A stretch of DNA of 64,000 nt from a virus. The DNA is taken from IMG/VR virus record IMGVR_UViG_3300001530_000094; one strand, given 5' to 3'. The translations under genes and the position numbers were made by a program. This document shows, one piece after another, positions 49,730 to 58,252 of this stretch (position 1 is the first letter of the stretch; each line of letters starts with the position of its first letter). The notes below the pieces were generated by a model, which saw only the letters and a program-made list of their open reading frames with translations, did not search any database and had not been told where the DNA came from.

Positions 49730-50830
49730 ATGAGTTCTAATTTGATAGCAGATTTAACTCAGGTTAACCTGATAAAGCAAAATATAAAGAATGCAATAAT
49801 TAATAAGGGGCAGACAGTAACTAACTTTCTAAGTTATCCTGGTGCTATAGAAAATATACAGAGTGGTGGTAGTGGAGAAGGAGATATTGCACTTTATAAA
49901 AATATTTCAGAGATGCAAGCCAGCACTGCTAATGAAGGAGACTTAGCTCTAGTATATAGCACGAATAATTTACAAGCTTTATGGCAGTATACAAACAATA
50001 GTTGGGAATTAGCTACAACTGGATTAACTGCTAATAGAGAATATGTAAATTCAGCTAAATTTTGGGGAGCTAATGGAGTAGAAACTGGTGTGCTACAAGT
50101 AAACAATAATCTAACTACAGAACAAGTAAAAATAAAAGCTCAAATATATAATGATTTAAGCTATTTAGAGTTAGACCCTAATATTAATTCTCTGCAAGGA
50201 GTATATTATAATAAAATGAATAGGAGGTCACAAGGATATAAAGGTGAGACTCTTCCATTTATTAATTGTCCTTATGTAACTAACATGAGTCAATTTATGT
50301 ATCAATCTCATCTTAAATCTTTATCAGGATTTAATTCAATTAATGTAACTAATATGAGAGAATTATTTGCTTATTCAACTAATTTGAAAAATGTACCGCT
50401 TTTTGATACATCTAACTGTGTAGATATGCAAAGTATGTTTGTAGGATGTTCTGTATTATGTGATGTTCCTAATTTTAATACTATAAATTGTACTAATACT
50501 GTTGGTATGTTTGAGTCTTGCTATAATTTAACAGAAGCTCCAGAACTAGATTTATCAAATGTACTAAATGTAAATTATATGTTTCAAAGTTGTAATCATT
50601 TAATTAATATACCTATGTTTAATATATATAAGGCTACAAATGCTCATCAAATGTTTTATTATTGTAATAATTTATCAAATGAGGCTTATGCTAATATAGC
50701 TAATTCTCTTCCTAATATTACGAATTTATCTAATCATTATATATCAAATTTAGGTTTAAATATTAATAAATTCACAAATGAACAAATAAATATATTAAAT
50801 GTAAAAGGTTATGTAGATGCTATAATCTAA
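49730..50830 (+). CDS. LRR fibre protein with adapter N-terminus
   Basis: SSNLIADLTQVNLIKQNIKNAIINKGQTVTNFLSYPGAIENI plus LRRs. Confidence 0.85.
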   Translation: MSSNLIADLTQVNLIKQNIKNAIINKGQTVTNFLSYPGAIENIQSGGSGEGDIALYKNISEMQASTANEGDLALVYSTNNLQALWQYTNNSWELATTGLTANREYVNSAKFWGANGVETGVLQVNNNLTTEQVKIKAQIYNDLSYLELDPNINSLQGVYYNKMNRRSQGYKGETLPFINCPYVTNMSQFMYQSHLKSLSGFNSINVTNMRELFAYSTNLKNVPLFDTSNCVDMQSMFVGCSVLCDVPNFNTINCTNTVGMFESCYNLTEAPELDLSNVLNVNYMFQSCNHLINIPMFNIYKATNAHQMFYYCNNLSNEAYANIANSLPNITNLSNHYISNLGLNINKFTNEQINILNVKGYVDAII

Positions 50831-50892
50831 TTAAAAGATAAAATATTAATTATATTAAGAAAATAATTTAAGAAAGGAGAGAATCCTTAAAA

Positions 50893-52812
50893 ATGAGTAA
50901 TAATTTAATTTCAGATTTAACTCAGATTAATACTATAAAGACTGACATAAAGAATGCAATAGAAAATAAAGGGCAAACTGTAACTAACTTCAATTCTTAT
51001 TCTAGTGCTATAGAGAATATAGTAACTGGAGGCGGAGGAGTAAAACAATATGACTCTTTAGAAAATATGTATGCTGATATTTCTAATGCTCATAATGGAG
51101 ATTTGGCGACTGTATATGCTAGTTCTCAAGCTGGTATTACAGAGACTACAGAATTTCAAGTAGCAACTTTTCCACAGACAGTAGTATTAGATACAGTTGT
51201 ATCAGATTATGTTGAACTAAGATTTCAAGCAGTAGATGAAAGTATAATGTTTGATTGTATGGGTCAATTAGATAATGAATATTTTAGGATGGATTGTTAT
51301 ACAGATGATGAAAATATAAGAATAGAATACGAAAGTCAAGATGGATTAACTTATACTAGAACTAGATTTATGAAGAATGATGAAGATGTTTCTGGAAATG
51401 AAATGGATTTTGGAACATTAATAAAATTTGGCAATAGATGGGGAGAGTCAGAATTTAATCCAGTGATTAGTAAATTTATTATTTCAGGTTCAACTGTATT
51501 TGATGGGGTATTTCAATATAATGGAACTAATTTTAATTTATTATCTAATACAGGATTGAATGCTAATCCAGAAACTTTATGGGATGGTAAATTTTATGGA
51601 GCTAATGGAATACAGAATGGAACTTTAAGTCAAGCTACTAATCTAAATTTACAACAACTAAAAGATAGAGTTAATTTATATAGTAATATAAGTAATTTAG
51701 CTTTAGATGAGAATATAAATAACGCATCATTTTTATTTCAATATAAATATAATATTACGAATGTACCTAATATAAATACTTCTAATGTAACTGATATGAG
51801 GAGTATGTTCGAATATTGTAACAATTTAACTACAGTACCTAATTTTAATACTTCTAATGTTACTACTATGGAATCTTTATTTTATGGATGTTCAAACTTA
51901 ATTAGCGTACCTAATTTTAATACTTCTAACGTTACTAGTATGTATGGAACATTTTATGGATGTAATAATTTAACTAGCATACCTAATTTCAATACTTCTA
52001 AAGTTACTCTTATGACTCAAATGTTCTATGGTTGTAACAATTTAGTTGCTATACCTAACTTAGATTTTTCTAGTGTCAATAAATTATGGGAATCATTTTA
52101 TTACTGTGCTAATTTAACAAGTATACCAGAATCATTAGAAATGGCTAATAATATTACTGAAGTATTTTCTGCTTTCGGAAGTTGTCACTCTATTACAAGT
52201 ATACCTAATATAAATTTGTCTTTAGTATCTAACATTGAGAAATTATTTATATATTGTAGTAATTTAGTTAATATTCCTAATATAAATTTTTCTAATGTGA
52301 AAAAAGCAAGTCAAGCCTTTGCTGGTTGTAGTAATTTAACAAATCTTTCAAACGTAGATTTTTCAAATGTTGTTAATTCAGAAAGCATGTTCTCTGCTTG
52401 CACTAACCTAGTAGACATATCAGCCTTAAGCTTTAACTCTCTTGTAAATGCTATGTATATGTTCTCTGGATGTGATAATCTAACAAATCTACCTAGTATT
52501 GACTTAAAAGGTGTAAAAAATGCCTCTGGTATATTCTTTGGATGTACTAACTTAGTAAATATACCTATATTAAATATGAATAATGTGACAGATGCAACTA
52601 ATATGTTTTATAATTGCAATAGTTTATCACCGAGTACTTATTCTAATATTGCTAATATGTTACCTAATGCAAATCAATTTGACCCATATAATCGTTTATT
52701 GTCATATATGGGATTAAATGTGCAGAATTTTTCATCTTCTGATAACTCTATTTTAAAAAATAAAGGTTATCTTGAATACCAGCCTAATTATTATACTATA
52801 CAATATACATAG
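50893..52812 (+). CDS. Long LRR fibre protein with adapter N-terminus
   Basis: SNNLISDLTQINTIKTDIKNAIENKGQTVTNFNSYSSAIENI plus many LRR units. Confidence 0.85.
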   Translation: MSNNLISDLTQINTIKTDIKNAIENKGQTVTNFNSYSSAIENIVTGGGGVKQYDSLENMYADISNAHNGDLATVYASSQAGITETTEFQVATFPQTVVLDTVVSDYVELRFQAVDESIMFDCMGQLDNEYFRMDCYTDDENIRIEYESQDGLTYTRTRFMKNDEDVSGNEMDFGTLIKFGNRWGESEFNPVISKFIISGSTVFDGVFQYNGTNFNLLSNTGLNANPETLWDGKFYGANGIQNGTLSQATNLNLQQLKDRVNLYSNISNLALDENINNASFLFQYKYNITNVPNINTSNVTDMRSMFEYCNNLTTVPNFNTSNVTTMESLFYGCSNLISVPNFNTSNVTSMYGTFYGCNNLTSIPNFNTSKVTLMTQMFYGCNNLVAIPNLDFSSVNKLWESFYYCANLTSIPESLEMANNITEVFSAFGSCHSITSIPNINLSLVSNIEKLFIYCSNLVNIPNINFSNVKKASQAFAGCSNLTNLSNVDFSNVVNSESMFSACTNLVDISALSFNSLVNAMYMFSGCDNLTNLPSIDLKGVKNASGIFFGCTNLVNIPILNMNNVTDATNMFYNCNSLSPSTYSNIANMLPNANQFDPYNRLLSYMGLNVQNFSSSDNSILKNKGYLEYQPNYYTIQYT

Positions 52813-52825
52813 AGGAGGTTATGTT

Positions 52826-53464
52826 ATGGCTACTATTACAGTAAATAAAGGACCAGATTATGATGTTGGAGCTTATAATTTACGTACTAATATAAATAAA
52901 TTAAATACTTATAAAAATATCACTATAAAGGATGAAAGTAATGTAGGAGTAGTTGCAAGTTTAGATTCTCTTTTTGAAAATATGGTTAATGTAGTTAATA
53001 TAAATATACAAATGAATACTTCTACAGTGAGCGGCTGTTGGTGTATGTGTTATAACTGTACGAACTTAAAAAGTATTTCCAATTTTAATACTTCTAATGT
53101 AACTAGCGTAAGTGGAATGTTCAGTAATTGTGTAAAATTAGTGAGTGTACCAAACTTTGATTTTAGGAAGGCCACAGATTTTGACTGCTTTAGAGGTTGT
53201 AGAAATCTTAGAGATTTACCTCAATTTAATTTACCTAATTTATATAGTAATGGGTTAATACAAGCTTTTGCTAATTGTAATAATCTATCAAATGCCAGCG
53301 TACAAAATATAATAAATATATGTTTGAATATGACTAATGTTTCATCTGGGTATATGAATTTAAACACTTTTAATTGGAATAGTCCTTTTTGTTACACAAA
53401 TATAGTAAATACACGTTATCAGAATCGTTGGGCAGAATTAAATGCTAAAGGATGGACATACTAA
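52826..53464 (+). CDS. Short LRR protein (supplied ORF starts 52772)
   Basis: ATG after RBS taggaggttatgtt; TSNVTSVSGMFSNCVKLVSVPNFDFR. Confidence 0.8.
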   Translation: MATITVNKGPDYDVGAYNLRTNINKLNTYKNITIKDESNVGVVASLDSLFENMVNVVNINIQMNTSTVSGCWCMCYNCTNLKSISNFNTSNVTSVSGMFSNCVKLVSVPNFDFRKATDFDCFRGCRNLRDLPQFNLPNLYSNGLIQAFANCNNLSNASVQNIINICLNMTNVSSGYMNLNTFNWNSPFCYTNIVNTRYQNRWAELNAKGWTY

Positions 53465-53524
53465 AATAATTTAAGAAGTTATAAATTATAATAAGGGAAT
53501 AAATAAGAAAGGAAGTAAAAAGAA

Positions 53525-54571
53525 ATGATTGATGTAATTATACCTGCTTATAATAGTCAAGATACAATAATTAGAACTCTTGCTAGTATAGCAATGCAAT
53601 TAAATAGAAATGAATTAAAAGTAACAATAGTAAATGACGGAGGAAAAGACTATAAAGATATAGTAAATACTTTTTCACCTATCATAGATATAAAAGAAAT
53701 AGGATATGAAATAAACAGAGGACCAGGATATGCAAGACAATATGGTATTGATAATACCAAAGAAGATTTTATAACATTTATAGATGCAGATGATACTTTT
53801 TATGAGGCTTGTTCTCTTAGTATGTTAGCTAAGCCTCTTAAAGATACTTCAGCTAAATTCATAATAAGTCCATTTATTCAAATAGGGAAAGAAGTAGGGC
53901 AACAAGCTCCTATGCAAGCAAATTTAGTATGGGTTTTCGGACACATGTATAGAAGAAGTTTCTTACAAGAACACAACATTAGATTTACAAGTACTCGTTC
54001 TAATGAAGATGTTGGATTTAACAACATGTGTAATCTTATTGCTCAACATGATATGGGAGCAGAAGGTGGAAAAATATTAAATGTTCCAACTTATGAATGG
54101 CATTATAATGAAGTATCTATTACTAGAAGAGGTAAAGATGAATATGAGTATGGTATTTGTACTCCAGGGTATATCTTTAATCTACATCATGCTTACGATG
54201 TAGCTCAAAGAGAAGGAGTTCCTCTTAAAAATATAGCTCCAGCTGCATTAGAAACAGCATTCAGTTGTTTTATCTATTACAACGTAGCTTTAGCTAAAGA
54301 AGTTCCACCTGAAACTCTAGCAGCTATAGAAGAATTAAGTAGAAAGTTCTATTATGATTATTATAAACAAATACAACAATATATATCTAAAGATGATTAT
54401 AAACTAATGTATACTAATTCTATGAATAGTAAAGGTACACATTTACAAGGAATAATTTTTAAACAAACACTAGACCAGTTTATAGAATTAATGTTTAGTA
54501 AAGAACCAGACACAGTAACTTACAAAGAATTAGAAGATAAAGTACAAGGAATAGCAGAACAATTAAAATAA
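53525..54571 (+). CDS. Family 2-like glycosyltransferase
   Basis: VIIPAYNSQDTIIRTLASIAMQ, GYARQYGIDNTKEDFITFIDADDTFY. Confidence 0.92.
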   Translation: MIDVIIPAYNSQDTIIRTLASIAMQLNRNELKVTIVNDGGKDYKDIVNTFSPIIDIKEIGYEINRGPGYARQYGIDNTKEDFITFIDADDTFYEACSLSMLAKPLKDTSAKFIISPFIQIGKEVGQQAPMQANLVWVFGHMYRRSFLQEHNIRFTSTRSNEDVGFNNMCNLIAQHDMGAEGGKILNVPTYEWHYNEVSITRRGKDEYEYGICTPGYIFNLHHAYDVAQREGVPLKNIAPAALETAFSCFIYYNVALAKEVPPETLAAIEELSRKFYYDYYKQIQQYISKDDYKLMYTNSMNSKGTHLQGIIFKQTLDQFIELMFSKEPDTVTYKELEDKVQGIAEQLK

Positions 54572-54600
54572 TACAAACTTCGAAAGGAGAAAAAGAAAAT

Positions 54601-55851
54601 ATGAAGATTTTACCTAGAAGAATTTCAAAGATGACTACTATTTCTACATCTCCAGGTGTAAACTATGGACTACATATAGATGCTGTAGATAAAGACAAAA
54701 GCATTATGATACTAGGTAAGAAACTAAATGAGAATGTAGATGAGACTATACTAAAAGACTTAGTAGATAAGTATGCTTATGCTTCAGCACTATTATATTT
54801 TGCTGAGAATTTTAAAATCATAGACAATATAAACAAAAATGATTTACTAGAAGATATAAACGTATTATTGCATAGTAGATGTAGAGTAGTAAAAGAAAAA
54901 GCTCCAGAGTTGGTTAAAATAGGAGAATATCCTCTTTATGAAGGAACTAATTATATACTTCGCGGAGATGGAGAAAATAAGATAAGAGAGTGTTTTAATC
55001 TTAAGGAAGATATAGAAATGGGAGATATTTCTATGGACTATTTGAATAATGCAGAGGTAGATGAAGTAATTAAGAATTTTGTAGTGTGTCCTCATTGTAA
55101 AAATGTATATGAAGAAAGTGCTATAAAAATAGATTATCCAGATATTCCGGATGATTACACTGGCCCAGTAGATGATGAACCTTTAGGGTATGAATGTCCT
55201 TATTGTGGATTTCATTCAGTTAATGAAGAAAGTTTCTCGGATGCTTGGTTAGATGATTTAAAAGATGCTCCTAACATTGGAGAATACTTAGATATTCCTA
55301 TCAATGAAGATGCAGGAACTCAAGCTTCAGACATAGCTGCTAAAGTGGACTACACTTTTCAATCAGCTCCTACTCCAGCTAATCCTGGAAAAAAGAAAAA
55401 GTTTGAAGCTGTAGAAATAAAAGAATTAGATGAAAGTACTCACTTAAATCTAACTGGTTTTATAAAAGATGTAAACGGACTTTATAGAAGAGGAAATTAT
55501 GTAGTAGTCAAAGAATCAGATACTAATAAAATAACTGTAGTTCATCAGTCTAGACTTAATGAAGAAATAGAAGATGTAAAAGAAGAACCAATTACTTCAG
55601 AATCTATAGCTAAAGAACTTGAAGATAAATTAAATCAAGTATATAAAGACAGATTTAAAATAAAAACTACACCTATAGATGAAGCTTATGCTTTAGTAAT
55701 AACTGATAATAACAAAAATAATGCTAATGATTTAGTAGAAGTTACAGACACTGTAAATTCAGCTCTAGAGTCTTTAAATTATTCTAAAAAAGATTATGAA
55801 ATAAACTATAAAAGAAACAATCTAGTAGTAATTATCTACAAAACTAAATAA
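54601..55851 (+). CDS. Hypothetical protein with zinc-ribbon-like Cys pairs
   Basis: VCPHCKNVYEES ... YECPYCGFHSV. Confidence 0.6.
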   Translation: MKILPRRISKMTTISTSPGVNYGLHIDAVDKDKSIMILGKKLNENVDETILKDLVDKYAYASALLYFAENFKIIDNINKNDLLEDINVLLHSRCRVVKEKAPELVKIGEYPLYEGTNYILRGDGENKIRECFNLKEDIEMGDISMDYLNNAEVDEVIKNFVVCPHCKNVYEESAIKIDYPDIPDDYTGPVDDEPLGYECPYCGFHSVNEESFSDAWLDDLKDAPNIGEYLDIPINEDAGTQASDIAAKVDYTFQSAPTPANPGKKKKFEAVEIKELDESTHLNLTGFIKDVNGLYRRGNYVVVKESDTNKITVVHQSRLNEEIEDVKEEPITSESIAKELEDKLNQVYKDRFKIKTTPIDEAYALVITDNNKNNANDLVEVTDTVNSALESLNYSKKDYEINYKRNNLVVIIYKTK

Positions 55852-55859
55852 TTGTAAAT

Positions 55860-55892
55860 AGTATGAGTTTTCCTTCTTTCTCATACTATTTT
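55860..55892 (+). terminator. Intrinsic terminator
   Basis: AGTATGAG-ttttccttcttt-CTCATACT-ATTTTT. Confidence 0.85.
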
Positions 55893-56254
55893 TATGTCTT
55901 ATAATTTAATCTCAATTTTAATTTTTATAAATTTTGTTTAATCTCATTTTTAAATCATAATATCACATTTTTAATTTCATGTTTAATCTCAATAATTTTT
56001 GAAATGGGTAAATTTACTCTCACTAAATCTCAGACTAATTTTATAAAACTCATCTTAAAACTATCTTAAATTTACAAACCACCTTAGTAATATTGGAGAT
56101 TTAAGTGCTTCTGAATTGAATATTTTCATGAAAATATTCTGTGGTAACATTTATTAATTCGAGTTTAATTAAGAAATCAAGTTTTAGAGCTATACGCGCG
56201 CACGCGCGAGAATAAATAGAAGTTCATGCATAAGATTTATAAAGAGGTGAAGTT

Positions 56255-56838
56255 ATGTTAGAAATAGAATTAAATCAATTTTCAGATAGAAAGAAACTTT
56301 ATAAAAACACAGATTTAAAAATAAATGAAGGAATAACAGTGCTTATAGGACCGAACCGGATGTGGTAAAACTTATGCTTGTCATCAAATAAAAGAAAAAT
56401 ATCCTCACACTTATCTTATAGATATAGTAGATGAAACTAAACTAAATTACTCTAATTTTAGGGATGATAAAGATATAGGTAGATGGATGTTAGCTTCAGA
56501 GCGGACAAAGAGTTTATGATAATTTAGAACATCTAGCCATTAATGTAGGTCAATACATTAGAAATTGTAAAAATAAAAATCAAGACCCTATTCTTATAAT
56601 AGATGGAGTAGATTCAGGAGTATCTATAAATCTAATACACAACATAAGAGGTTTCTTAAATCTAATAGCTAAAGATTGTGTAGATAGTAACTTAATAGCA
56701 CATGTTATAGTAACAGCTAACAACTATGAGTTAGTAGTAGATTATGAATCTATATGGATTCCTACACTAGAAAGATTTAATTTTTCATCATATAACTTCG
56801 AAGATTATTATAACTTTAGAGATTTATATTTTGATTAA
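56255..56838 (+). CDS. P-loop/ABC-like ATPase requiring two +1 shifts, at CGGA 56357-56360 and CGGA 56502-56505
   Basis: ...NEGITVLIGPN-[G]-CGKTYACHQIKEKYPHTYLIDIVDETKLNYSNFRDDKDIGRWMLASE-[G]-QRVYDNLEHLAINVGQYIRNCKNKNQDPILIIDGVDSGVSINL...LYFD*; Walker A, SxGQ-like and Walker B restored. Confidence 0.9.
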
Positions 56839-56846
56839 AACTGCAA

Positions 56847-56912
56847 ACACTAGAATGACTTCAGAGACATTTTTATATTAAAGATAAGATATTATATAGC
56901 TTAGCGCTACTA
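56847..56912 (+). repeat. Dispersed intergenic element copy D
   Basis: ACACTAGAATGACTTCAGAGACATTTTTATA...TTAGCGCTACTA, then an ATATCTTA stem. Confidence 0.75.
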
Positions 56913-56960
56913 ATATCTTATTTTATTTCTTAAAAACTTTAAGTATTTTTGTAAAAGCAG

Positions 56961-56989
56961 TTTACAAATTTGGAATAATGTGATACAAT
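56961..56989 (+). promoter_or_regulatory. Sigma-70-like promoter, extended -10
   Basis: TTTACA-17-TACAAT. Confidence 0.75.
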
Positions 56990-57035
56990 AGAATGGGGAG
57001 GGGAGAACTATGTACCCCTAAGAAAGGAGTGTAAA

Positions 57036-57278
57036 ATGATGGATAATATTTTAGTAAAAAGGAAAACTCCATTTGGAGATTATGAATTTGTTACACTAAG
57101 AAAACAATACGTAGAAGAAAAAGAAGTAAAAGGTTTTCCACCACATATTTCTTGGAGAGTTGATAACGGAAATAGTTGGCATTTTGAAAGCTCCGTTCAA
57201 TTTTTAAATCAACCATTCGAAGATTTCTTAGAAAAAGAAGGGATGGTATTAGTAGAGGAGGTGAAAGTTGATGGATAA
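57036..57278 (+). CDS. Hypothetical protein
   Basis: ORF, RBS. Confidence 0.55.
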   Translation: MMDNILVKRKTPFGDYEFVTLRKQYVEEKEVKGFPPHISWRVDNGNSWHFESSVQFLNQPFEDFLEKEGMVLVEEVKVDG

Positions 57279-57552
57279 GAAAGATGTATTAGATTTCTTA
57301 AACTTAAAAGTATTTGAACCAGCAATTAAATATAGTAAAGAAAATAATTTACCTGAAATTGCAAAAGGTGTAAGATTTACTAGAATGAGAATGGAACAAT
57401 TACCTGATGCTAGAGCAGTAGTTCAATACTTTTGGAGTGCAGTTATAGGAACAGACAAAAGTATTAAATTTTCAGATATGATGAAAGAACATAATATAGT
57501 AAGATTTGAAGATGTATTAGAAGAATTTAGAGAAAAATTTAAAGATATTTAG
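57268..57552 (+). CDS. Hypothetical protein
   Basis: ORF. Confidence 0.55.
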   Translation: MMDKKDVLDFLNLKVFEPAIKYSKENNLPEIAKGVRFTRMRMEQLPDARAVVQYFWSAVIGTDKSIKFSDMMKEHNIVRFEDVLEEFREKFKDI

Positions 57553-57567
57553 AAAGGATTATTTAAG

Positions 57568-57795
57568 ATGGATGTAGATGAATTTAGAGTAGAGTTAACT
57601 CTATTATTTAAAGATGGAAGTGTTAGAGAAGTAGCTTTTGAAAGAGTAGAAAATTTACAAGTAGACTATGAGCATAACAAACTTAGCTTATTTGATTTAA
57701 CAGTAGGAATGTGGTATAACTATCACTTTAGAGAAAAAGGTGACGAAAAAGATGGTGTTGCTATAGGAATTAAAGATTTTAGAGTAATTTTATAG
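57568..57795 (+). CDS. Hypothetical protein
   Basis: ORF. Confidence 0.55.
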   Translation: MDVDEFRVELTLLFKDGSVREVAFERVENLQVDYEHNKLSLFDLTVGMWYNYHFREKGDEKDGVAIGIKDFRVIL

Positions 57796-57798
57796 AGG

Positions 57799-58239
57799 AT
57801 GGTGAATAGTATGATTGTAAAGTATACTTTTAATGATAATGATTTCACTCAGATTATAGAAAGATACTTAGATGAGTTTGGACCTTTTGGAAGATGGGTC
57901 TCTGGAGGAAATGTAGATAGAATAACAGATTTAATGAAGATATATGATAAGCATAATGATAAATATGAAGAAGAAAAAGAATTATCTAAAGAGGCATTCT
58001 TAACTATAAAGAATGAACTTTTAAAAGAATTGTATCGCCATTTTATAGCATATATCAATAGTATACAAGAAAACAGTGAATGGGAGACAGAAGGATTTAA
58101 TGCAAGAGGTTTAGTGGATAATAGAGAATACATAATAGATAACATAAAGATTAGCTTAGTTAAAAACATTCCAGACCAATGGGAAAACGGAGAAGTAGTT
58201 TATTACGTAGCTAGTTCAATGAAATACATAACAATGTAG
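57799..58239 (+). CDS. Hypothetical protein
   Basis: ORF. Confidence 0.55.
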   Translation: MVNSMIVKYTFNDNDFTQIIERYLDEFGPFGRWVSGGNVDRITDLMKIYDKHNDKYEEEKELSKEAFLTIKNELLKELYRHFIAYINSIQENSEWETEGFNARGLVDNREYIIDNIKISLVKNIPDQWENGEVVYYVASSMKYITM

Positions 58240-58252
58240 AAAGGAGAGTATT

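Noticed and set aside
40910-53464. Diversity-generating retroelement acting on the fibre genes
   Set aside because: No reverse transcriptase, template repeat or adenine-biased variable repeat is visible in the window; duplication and swapping are enough to explain the family.
2469-55095. Minus-strand ORFs of 60-217 aa in the track (for example 23792-24445, 27787-28248, 7528-7959)
   Set aside because: All lie antisense inside well-supported + strand genes and lack RBS or domain signals; several are low-complexity reverse translations.
56180-56212. CRISPR array
   Set aside because: Only a single half-repeat-like 13-mer; no repeated repeat-spacer units anywhere in the window.
10366-56505. Random or motif-linked sequencing insertion errors as the cause of the 12 frame breaks
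   Set aside because: All breaks are the same base (C) at the same codon phase before GGN, while many out-of-phase CGG strings leave frames intact, and Trp or Arg codons containing GG are never hit. I could not see reads, so resequencing remains the decisive control.
10366-56505. Classic slippery-codon +1 frameshifting at individual genes
   Set aside because: TTT C allows re-pairing, but most preceding codons (AGA, AAG, CAT, AAC, GAG, TCA, GCT) do not, and there is no shared flanking heptamer, SD-like stimulator or stop codon in the A site.
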